From assembly GCA_964636085.1 (NCBI GenBank), contig CAZWPQ010000042.1, positions 4,702 through 16,498 on the forward strand: a stretch of DNA of 11,797 nucleotides, read 5' to 3'. The position numbers were made by a program, and so were the translations under genes. Every line of letters begins with the position of its first letter. The first letter of the stretch is position 1. Shown here in pieces: positions 1 through 6,959 of this stretch. Under the pieces are notes generated by a model. It searched no databases, was not told where the DNA came from, and saw nothing but the letters and a program-made list of their open reading frames with translations. Source of the DNA: an uncultured Nitrososphaerota archaeon (GTDB lineage: Archaea > Asgardarchaeota > Njordarchaeia > Njordarchaeales > Panguiarchaeaceae).

Positions 1-2
1 CT

Positions 3-257
3 ATTGATGACGCCATAAAAAAAGAGAGATCCCTACTTGAGTCGATGAGAGTGTTGACACGGATAAGAAAGGTCTCCTCGATTATTGGTGGTTTTCTCTT
101 ATTCTTTGGGGGGGTTCTATTGACACTAAGTATTTTAATGGTTACGAAGATACTTCTTGTCCCAGAAACTCTTTCTGTACAGCATTTTTTTGGGTATTTG
201 CTTCTACTGATAAGTATAGTTATGTTGCTTTCGGGAACAATACATCAGGTTGTTTAG
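3..257 (+). CDS. 3' part of a membrane protein gene, truncated by the window edge; ends in two predicted TM helices
   Basis: The frame is open from nt 3 (IDDAIKKERSLLES) straight into the 45..257 ORF, so ATG 45 is probably internal. Two hydrophobic segments: IIGGFLLFFGGVLLTLSILMV and FFGYLLLLISIVMLLSGTI. Ends at TAG 255-257. Confidence 0.75.
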   Translation: MDDAIKKERSLLESMRVLTRIRKVSSIIGGFLLFFGGVLLTLSILMVTKILLVPETLSVQHFFGYLLLLISIVMLLSGTIHQVV

Positions 258-266
258 GCGGGACTA

Positions 267-2042
267 TTGGCTGAGAAGAGAAGACTTGGGCTATTAGAAG
301 GGATAATGATAGGCATAGGAGGGACAATAGGACCGTCCATGTTTGTGATTCTAGGTTTTGCTGCTGGAATGGCTCATCAATACATATTTTTGTCCCTAAT
401 CATTGCTGGTTTTCTCTCATTGACAATAGCCCTAAATTATGCAGAGCTAGCCACTACTTTTCCAGAGATGGGGGGAGGATACTACTATGTGAAGGAGGGG
501 TTTGGCGGTTTTGTCTCCTATTTCATAGGTATGTCCCTTTTCATCGGATATATAACATATGGTGCCATATGTGCTATTGGTTTTAGTCTTCTCCTATGCG
601 TATTTGTACCAGTGAAACCCTTAGCAATCTCCACTTTATTAGTCATCCTATTCTTGGCCATAAATATTAGAGGCGTAGAAGAAAGCATGAAAATGCAGTT
701 CATAATTACCTCAGTACTTTTATTCTCTTTTGCCCTAATTATCTTCTTTGGCTTGATAGAGGGATCAAACGTTACAAATACCGGTGGTATTGTAGATAAT
801 CTTGGTGGAATATTAAGAGCATCGGCATTTCTTTCCATAGCATATTTTGGATTTGAACCAATAGGCGTACTGGCTGGGGCTGTAAAACGACCCGAGAAGA
901 TAATTCCCCTCAGCATACTCTTCTCTGTCTCCATCTGTATGATACTTTATTCCCTAATAGCATTTGTCTCTACAAAATTTGTGTACTGGGGGGATCTCTA
1001 CAGATCGCCAACACCACTTACCCTAGTGGCAACACAGATACTGGGAAAATACGGAATGTATATGATCACAATAGCGGGCATGGCTGCAACACTAACATCC
1101 CTCAATGTCTCCATATCCTCTGGGGCATATGTTTTCTTTTCTATGGCTAAGGATCATTACCTTCCAGAGACCTTTTCACAGCTACACCCTCGCTTTGGAA
1201 CACCAGTGTCATGCCTCATTGTTGTCGCATTCATAATGGAGCTATTTATACTTTCAGGAATGATCGAGTACATTACTCATCTCGCTGATTTTAGCCTGCT
1301 TGTTGCCCTTTCCATTGTGAATCTCAGCACGGTTTCGCTGAGGCGTAAAAGAAGAAGTATTATTAGGCCATTTAAGGTTCCTTTATTTCCTTGGTTATCG
1401 ATTATTGCAAGTACGCTAACATTAGTACTTGCATTCCTCCTCGAACCAAGTGCCATAGTCTTGTGGTTAGGTATGCTCCTTACACTAGCAATGATATATC
1501 TCCTCAATACATTAACGACTGAGAGAGGAGAATGTACACTAAGTGGTTTTCTGTTCTCAACTTCTGCTTTGTTATTACTAATAGTACAACAATTTAACTT
1601 GACTACAAGTATTGAGGCATTGGGTTATATTATTGGCATGATAAAAACATTCCTTCTAGTCCAAGCAATCATTGTAATTATTACTGCAGTAATACTGATA
1701 TATCCAGTACATATATTGGTTACAAGAGTAAGGGGCAAAGGAGAAGAATATATATATGTTCCTCCCAAGCGACTGGTAGAATTATCCGAAGCGATCGATG
1801 ATGCCTTGGCGGTAGTATTATTCATATTTAGTGCTTTAAACATGATGCTATTCTATGGAATATTGCACGGTTATATAACAATAATAGCTAACACATCAGC
1901 TGAGACCACATTCTTTAAGTCGTTCTTCATGACCATACTCATTATCGCAGGAATATTCGAAGGGTTAATAGGAGTATATCTAGTACTAAGAGAATACATG
2001 GTCGAATATGAGATCAAAAGCAACAAAGAAACAAAACAATGA
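267..2042 (+). CDS. APC-superfamily amino acid permease with about 4 additional C-terminal TM helices
   Basis: TTG start preceded by GGCGGGA. APC hallmarks: TM1 LGLLEGIMIGIGGTIGPSMF, YAELATTFPEMGGGYYY, INIRG, TM6 AYFGFE, KRPEKIIP, MAKDHYLPETFSQLHPRFGTP, RPFKVPLFP. Core about residues 1-415, followed by more hydrophobic segments. Confidence 0.92.
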   Translation: MAEKRRLGLLEGIMIGIGGTIGPSMFVILGFAAGMAHQYIFLSLIIAGFLSLTIALNYAELATTFPEMGGGYYYVKEGFGGFVSYFIGMSLFIGYITYGAICAIGFSLLLCVFVPVKPLAISTLLVILFLAINIRGVEESMKMQFIITSVLLFSFALIIFFGLIEGSNVTNTGGIVDNLGGILRASAFLSIAYFGFEPIGVLAGAVKRPEKIIPLSILFSVSICMILYSLIAFVSTKFVYWGDLYRSPTPLTLVATQILGKYGMYMITIAGMAATLTSLNVSISSGAYVFFSMAKDHYLPETFSQLHPRFGTPVSCLIVVAFIMELFILSGMIEYITHLADFSLLVALSIVNLSTVSLRRKRRSIIRPFKVPLFPWLSIIASTLTLVLAFLLEPSAIVLWLGMLLTLAMIYLLNTLTTERGECTLSGFLFSTSALLLLIVQQFNLTTSIEALGYIIGMIKTFLLVQAIIVIITAVILIYPVHILVTRVRGKGEEYIYVPPKRLVELSEAIDDALAVVLFIFSALNMMLFYGILHGYITIIANTSAETTFFKSFFMTILIIAGIFEGLIGVYLVLREYMVEYEIKSNKETKQ

Positions 2043-2230
2043 TTGTTGCAAGCAATAATTTATATTCTTGTATAAATCGACAAGCTATAATGAGATGTGA
2101 TGTAGTGCCGAGCTAGAACAATTCTATCGCATGCAGGATAAAAGTTTTTATGATATGCAATAATAAATCCCAACCACCTATTTTTTTATCTTTGATTCGA
2201 TGTAGGGCTACTAGGGGTGTATGAAATATC

Positions 2231-2250
2231 TTTTTAAAAATTTTTTGGCT
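2231..2250 (+). promoter_or_regulatory. putative TATA-box promoter of the surface-protein gene pair
   Basis: TTTTTAAAAA at 2231-2240, about 40 nt upstream of ATG 2279. GGTGGG RBS-like motif at 2268-2273. Confidence 0.45.
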
Positions 2251-2278
2251 TAATATATTGCCTCAATGGTGGGCTTCT

Positions 2279-4120
2279 ATGCGCAGGCTCCCTGTTTTTA
2301 TTGCCCTATTGGCCATGGTTTCTCTAGCCACTGGTTTTATTGGGGGGGCTCATAAGTCAACTAGTATGAGCGTTGTCTTACATATGGATTCTGTCAAACC
2401 TAGTACTGTATCAGTGCAGGGTGTTTCCCATGAAGTACCCGTTACACATAGTCTTTTGACAGCCCCACCAAAGTCCTATGATGCCTATTGGATAATTAGT
2501 AGCCCAGGCACGTATACCTTAAGTAGTGATCTAATAGGGATCACCAATGAAATTGGGATATTGATCGATGCGGATGATGTATATTTAGATGGGAGAGGAT
2601 ACTCGCTTGTTGGGGCTGGGTCTAGCTTTACCTACGGCATATACATCTGTGAGGGGAGAAAAAACATAACCATTGTAAATATCAACATTGGCAATTGGAC
2701 ATATGGTATATATCTGAACAGAACATTGGATGCGATAATCAGTTATTCAAACATTTCGGACTGTGCTACTGGGATACATATGTATCGCTGCAATCTAAGC
2801 AATCTCTACATATCCGCAAACATGATTCATCGTGTTAATATAGAACATATAGACTATTATGGTATCGCACTCATGGCCTCGGATAATGTACAGATATTGG
2901 ACTCCAACATTAGTGAATGTGGCTGTGATGGAATAATAATGGAGAACACAACGAACTCCGTAATTGCGGATAACCTGATAGAAGACTGTGAGTACGGACT
3001 TCTCCTATCATATAGCTCGAATCAGAACCTTGTTAATAATAATAGGTTTATCAACTGTGGAATGATGGTTTGGTATTCGAAGCATAACAATGTCGTGGAT
3101 AATACTGTGAATGATGGAGAGCTAGTATATATAGAGAATAAGAGAAACATTGAGATCTGGGGAAAGAGGGGACAGATGATAATTATTGATTCGGCTAACA
3201 TCGAAGTATGGAATTTCTACTCAAGGAATGCATCAATAGGCATCCAACTGGTAAACGTGTCCAATATTAGGATAAATGGTGCAAACAACCACGATGATAT
3301 ATATGGAGTCTTCCTCCACAATGCAACCAATATAGAGTTGCGGGCTGGGCATCAGGAATCATGCATGATTGGGATATATGCCCTTAATGCGACCAACGTA
3401 ACAATATGGATGCAGATAATAGAGTATAACTACGACTATGGCGTATATATCGTATGGTCGAAACAAATATATATCTTCGCAAATGATTTCATCGGAAACT
3501 CATATCACTTCGAAGCATCCAATTCTGAGGAATTTCAGTGCTATTCCCCAAGGACGGTCTACTATGAATATAATGGGACTCCCCATATAAACTTTATTGG
3601 CAATTACTGGGCCGAATACTCTTGTATTGACTCTGATGGTGATGGTATATGTGACGAGGGATACTCTGCATTCTTAGATTTATACCCACTGGTGTCTAGA
3701 CAATGGGATTACTATTCCTTAGAAATAATAAAGCCCCTCAAGGCAGTTTTTTTCGCTCCATCGAATACCACAATAGTAGACACAGAGCTCGTTGAGAGAG
3801 AATTTTCAATAAAACTAAACAGGATGGCGGACAAGATACAGTGGTATATTAATGGTACAATCGAATTCGAGGAGGTAAATGCCAGTGGTTCATCGGCAAC
3901 CTTTTCACCAAGCTACTATGGGGTATACAATATTTGTGTAGCGGCGATTGACGAGATGAACGGTGATGTTGTCCGTGTATGTTGGGTATGGAAAATAAGC
4001 AGTACTGTAGTGGAGGAGGAAGAGATAACAATAACGTTTACTTGGTTCGGAATATTTAGCCTTGGAAGCATCATAGCGGATATAATAGCCATAATTCTCT
4101 GCTTTAGGTTTGAATTCTAG
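2279..4120 (+). CDS. secreted, membrane-anchored right-handed parallel beta-helix (NosD/CASH-like) surface glycoprotein with a C-terminal Ig-like domain
   Basis: ATG 2279 is preferred over TTG 2258 because it follows GGTGGG and gives the signal peptide MRRLPVFIALLAMVSLATG. Typical archaeal NosD-like motifs: IISSPGTYTLSSDL, GILIDADDVYLDGRGYSLVG, repeated GI-x-hydrophobic...N..I..N-I turns, DNTVND, GNYWAEY..DSDGDGI. Many NxS/T sequons and a C-terminal hydrophobic helix. Confidence 0.88.
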   Translation: MRRLPVFIALLAMVSLATGFIGGAHKSTSMSVVLHMDSVKPSTVSVQGVSHEVPVTHSLLTAPPKSYDAYWIISSPGTYTLSSDLIGITNEIGILIDADDVYLDGRGYSLVGAGSSFTYGIYICEGRKNITIVNINIGNWTYGIYLNRTLDAIISYSNISDCATGIHMYRCNLSNLYISANMIHRVNIEHIDYYGIALMASDNVQILDSNISECGCDGIIMENTTNSVIADNLIEDCEYGLLLSYSSNQNLVNNNRFINCGMMVWYSKHNNVVDNTVNDGELVYIENKRNIEIWGKRGQMIIIDSANIEVWNFYSRNASIGIQLVNVSNIRINGANNHDDIYGVFLHNATNIELRAGHQESCMIGIYALNATNVTIWMQIIEYNYDYGVYIVWSKQIYIFANDFIGNSYHFEASNSEEFQCYSPRTVYYEYNGTPHINFIGNYWAEYSCIDSDGDGICDEGYSAFLDLYPLVSRQWDYYSLEIIKPLKAVFFAPSNTTIVDTELVEREFSIKLNRMADKIQWYINGTIEFEEVNASGSSATFSPSYYGVYNICVAAIDEMNGDVVRVCWVWKISSTVVEEEEITITFTWFGIFSLGSIIADIIAIILCFRFEF

Positions 4121-4134
4121 GGGGGTGGTCAAAC

Positions 4135-6762
4135 ATGGCGAGGAGCGCTATATTACCGATCATGATACTCCTGACGGTTATTTTCACCCATCCATCGGTG
4201 ATTTCTAGTAGTGGTCTCCAAGAATACAAGCACCATTATTGGGATGTATCTAAGGCATCCTTTGATACGAGCGTGGAGACCGAGGTTGATGAGGTAACAG
4301 ATGTAGTTAATGCATATTGGGATGTTATAGGATATGTTGTGGGTAGGCTACAGCGTGGAGAAATCCATATATTTGTTGGACGTATAGCGGAGGAATGTGA
4401 TTACTATGAAGGATTCTATACTAGAGTCGCATATGCCGCACCATTCTTCAGACTGATGCAGGATATAAATATAACAGAGGAACGCATATCTGCCATACTA
4501 GACTATTTAAGCCTTACCATGGGGGAGACCGAATATTCGGATGAAGAGGCAGCCTCGTACCTAGAATTTTCAATACCCCGTGGATCGGTGTTTGCGGCGT
4601 ATGGCTATGAATACTACGAGGGTGACGTTGTACCACTAACTAAGGAGATAAGCCATGTACAGATTCCATCAATAGATATGCTCAACAGATACTCGATGAT
4701 AAATTCTATATTATCCATACCCCAGACAATAGTCAAGGCCGTCGAGGGCGAGCCAATTATATATATGTCTCCCACAATACCAATTCCACTAGACTACTTC
4801 TCCCCAGGGATCCCCATAGGCGATCCCCAAGTTATTAGAGAGACCGGCACCATTTGGAAATCCTATGGATATGGCTATTCATACGAAGAAAGGGAAGGAG
4901 AGGGGATATTTAGGTACTCTCAGAGTATCCAAGACTTCTCTATAGATTTTGAGGCTAGGTACGATCTAGATACCGGCGTGATGACATACTTTAGTTTAGA
5001 TCTACATCTTAGCTGTAGTGGATATTGTGGGGAGATAATGTCAGAGGAATACGGCATCGTAGCGGTAACGGAGTTGAGCATGGATGTTGCTTTCGAATTA
5101 ACCCATGAAAGCTCAGACGATATCGAGGCGTGGACCGAGTATGGGGAACCAATACCATTCAAAGTAGTATCTGTAGATATGTCTCCCGACCTTGAAAAGT
5201 TACTATTTAATGCGAGTCCATACTATGTGGAGTTTCCAGTAGCAGAACCATTGTTGACGCTAAATGGTTGCCTCACAGGGGATGGGTATTATGGCCCACA
5301 TTACTATGTTGCTTGGAGAGAGTATGAGGTTGAACTCTCGAGTGGGGAGTATGAGATTACATTAATACTATATAACAAAACATTCGATATAGATATATAT
5401 GTTTATGAGCCGGGTAAATCGCCATCTCAAGATGCTACTGGTATAGATTACTATGTGCACCTTGATGACAACGGAACTATAGATATTCCATATGATGGTA
5501 AGTGGGTTATTTGTGTTGACCTTATGGATAATATTAAGAGTATGATCTATTATAATCTCACGATAGACTCTGTATATGGTGTTGGCTCGGCGAGTTTTAC
5601 TAATCAGTCAATTAAGGGAGACGGCAGGCCAGGACCCCATTATTATGTGCCATGGAGAGAGTATGTGGTCGAGCTTGAGGGGGGGCACTATTGGATAGAA
5701 TTCACAACAAATACCTCTACTGATATCGATGTGTATGTTTATGAGTATGGGAAACAACCATCATTGGACTATACGGGAGAGGATTATAATTTTGTTCTCT
5801 ACGAAAATGGATCCATAGCAATTAACGAGTCGGGATACTGGGTGATATGTGTAGATGTGTGGGATCCAACGGAGGAGGCCGTATTATTCAACATTACTAT
5901 TGGGAAGCTCGAGTATGGTGAGATACCGTTCACAGATTTCCTAGAGCACCTAAGGGTAATTTATACTCTCATAGATAACCCTACTGGGCTGGACGCTATA
6001 TACTCGGTAGACGCAATGTATTTTGATCCGATAGCTGGGGAGAATGTCTCAGTAATGTCGGGCCAACGTGGCTATAGCCTACTGATACCTGGTTCTCCAA
6101 AAATCTTCTCGCTATCAGACATAGTTTATGGACAGATGCAACTATCGGCACATCTCCTCACGAAGGTATATCCAAAATTTGTTAAATACTTCCTCCACAT
6201 AATGGAGAAACAGGGTTATAGTGTTCCTTCGATAGATGTATCTGGTAATTATGCTATTCTAAAGAGTAAACAAGGACATGTGGCTATGCTCGCCAACATA
6301 TCCTTTAATATAACCTATAGAAACCCAGAGTCCGGAATGTTACCCTTCACGATTGCTGGAAGTGGAGGAATATGGTATGTCTATAACAACAAGTCTTATC
6401 TTGTTGAGGCTGGGTTCGAAATGAATGTAAAGCTTAAATATGATAATGACAATGATGGTGATCTCTCTGATGAAAGATTATCAACATTTGCTCTCAGAAT
6501 CATTGCAAATAAGGTTGTGGCACGCAAGGTTGCCCGAAAGAACAAAGTAACAGGCTGGGTTATAGAGTGGGATAAACTAGATTCGGATCCACCAGCCTTT
6601 AACTCAGATGAATGGGAAGACATAACCCCCTATAAGACTATATCTCTAGCTGGGGAATTGTCATTGGAGTCAATGATGATTCCACTCTTGGTCTTGGCCA
6701 TATTGTTTGTGACAGCGATAGTAATTGTTGTGAGGAAAAGAAGGAAGGAAGAATATTTCTAG
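4135..6762 (+). CDS. large membrane-anchored cell-surface protein with two tandem PPC-like (pre-peptidase C-terminal) beta-sandwich domains
   Basis: GGGGGTGG RBS upstream. Signal peptide MARSAILPIMILLTVIF. Acidic, Tyr-rich ectodomain with many NxS/T sequons. Duplicated D(I/V)D(I/V)YVY...G.WVICVD modules. C-terminal TM IPLLVLAILFVTAIVIVV followed by basic tail RKRRK. Starts 14 nt after the previous stop, so probably co-transcribed. Confidence 0.85.
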   Translation: MARSAILPIMILLTVIFTHPSVISSSGLQEYKHHYWDVSKASFDTSVETEVDEVTDVVNAYWDVIGYVVGRLQRGEIHIFVGRIAEECDYYEGFYTRVAYAAPFFRLMQDINITEERISAILDYLSLTMGETEYSDEEAASYLEFSIPRGSVFAAYGYEYYEGDVVPLTKEISHVQIPSIDMLNRYSMINSILSIPQTIVKAVEGEPIIYMSPTIPIPLDYFSPGIPIGDPQVIRETGTIWKSYGYGYSYEEREGEGIFRYSQSIQDFSIDFEARYDLDTGVMTYFSLDLHLSCSGYCGEIMSEEYGIVAVTELSMDVAFELTHESSDDIEAWTEYGEPIPFKVVSVDMSPDLEKLLFNASPYYVEFPVAEPLLTLNGCLTGDGYYGPHYYVAWREYEVELSSGEYEITLILYNKTFDIDIYVYEPGKSPSQDATGIDYYVHLDDNGTIDIPYDGKWVICVDLMDNIKSMIYYNLTIDSVYGVGSASFTNQSIKGDGRPGPHYYVPWREYVVELEGGHYWIEFTTNTSTDIDVYVYEYGKQPSLDYTGEDYNFVLYENGSIAINESGYWVICVDVWDPTEEAVLFNITIGKLEYGEIPFTDFLEHLRVIYTLIDNPTGLDAIYSVDAMYFDPIAGENVSVMSGQRGYSLLIPGSPKIFSLSDIVYGQMQLSAHLLTKVYPKFVKYFLHIMEKQGYSVPSIDVSGNYAILKSKQGHVAMLANISFNITYRNPESGMLPFTIAGSGGIWYVYNNKSYLVEAGFEMNVKLKYDNDNDGDLSDERLSTFALRIIANKVVARKVARKNKVTGWVIEWDKLDSDPPAFNSDEWEDITPYKTISLAGELSLESMMIPLLVLAILFVTAIVIVVRKRRKEEYF
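5278..5904 (+). repeat. intragenic tandem duplication, period 339 nt / 113 aa (two PPC-like domains)
   Basis: Copy 1 from 5278: GDGYYGPHYYVAWREYEVEL...DIDIYVYEPGKSPSQDATGIDY...NGTI...GKWVICVD...YNLTI. Copy 2 from 5617: GDGRPGPHYYVPWREYVVEL...DIDVYVYEYGKQPSLDYTGEDY...NGSI...GYWVICVD...FNITI. Confidence 0.93.
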
Positions 6763-6800
6763 TAGTGGCAAGCTGAGGAATATTCTTCCTATTTTTTATT
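6746..6800 (+). terminator. hairpin plus oligo-T terminator overlapping the end of the 4135..6762 gene
   Basis: AGGAAGAATATT (6746-6757) is the exact reverse complement of AATATTCTTCCT (6779-6790). It is followed immediately by ATTTTTTATT. Confidence 0.65.
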
Positions 6801-6917
6801 ATGAAGCATTTTGATTCTCTTATGTGTCCATGCTCCTCGTCGGTATTTATGGATATTGTGGACTTTTGAGCCTTTAGTACTTTGAATTTGTGTTTTTAGC
6901 GTCGCTATTATGTCCTT

Positions 6918-6958
6918 AAGTATCTTATATGTGGATACATATATTCATATTGGGGGGT
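6918..6958 (+). promoter_or_regulatory. putative TATA box with overlapping dyad, and RBS, for the 622-aa gene
   Basis: CTTATAT at 6924-6930, about 30 nt before ATG 6960. Palindrome TATATGT-ggat-ACATATA at 6926-6943. GGGGGGT at 6952-6958. Confidence 0.5.
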
Positions 6959-6959
6959 A

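Noticed and set aside
45-257. A standalone 70-aa membrane protein starting at ATG 45
   Set aside because: The frame is open to the window edge and there is no clear RBS or promoter before nt 45. It is better treated as the tail of a longer gene.
518-1843. Minus-strand ORFs 518..934, 1277..1507 and 1625..1843
   Set aside because: They lie entirely antisense to the well-supported permease and show no recognisable motifs; shadow ORFs.
2043-2230. Small dyads (TTTATA-N6-TATAAA, TAGAA-N3-TTCTA) and a C-box-like GTGATGT in the intergenic region
   Set aside because: They are short and AT-rich, so expected by chance. There is no matching box D and no tRNA- or CRISPR-like structure.
2258-2278. TTG 2258 start for the beta-helix protein
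   Set aside because: ATG 2279 has an RBS-like GGTGGG and gives a canonical signal peptide.
2279-4120. Calling this gene nosD (nitrous oxide reductase accessory protein)
   Set aside because: No nosZ/F/Y/L nearby. The beta-helix fold is common in archaeal surface proteins and does not imply denitrification.
6508-6540. Short peptide duplication KVVARKVARK
   Set aside because: A 4-residue imperfect duplication with synonymous differences; no functional inference is possible.
3849-6623. Minus-strand ORFs 3849..4031, 3905..4132, 4920..5162 and 6396..6623
   Set aside because: Short antisense shadows of the two surface-protein genes.
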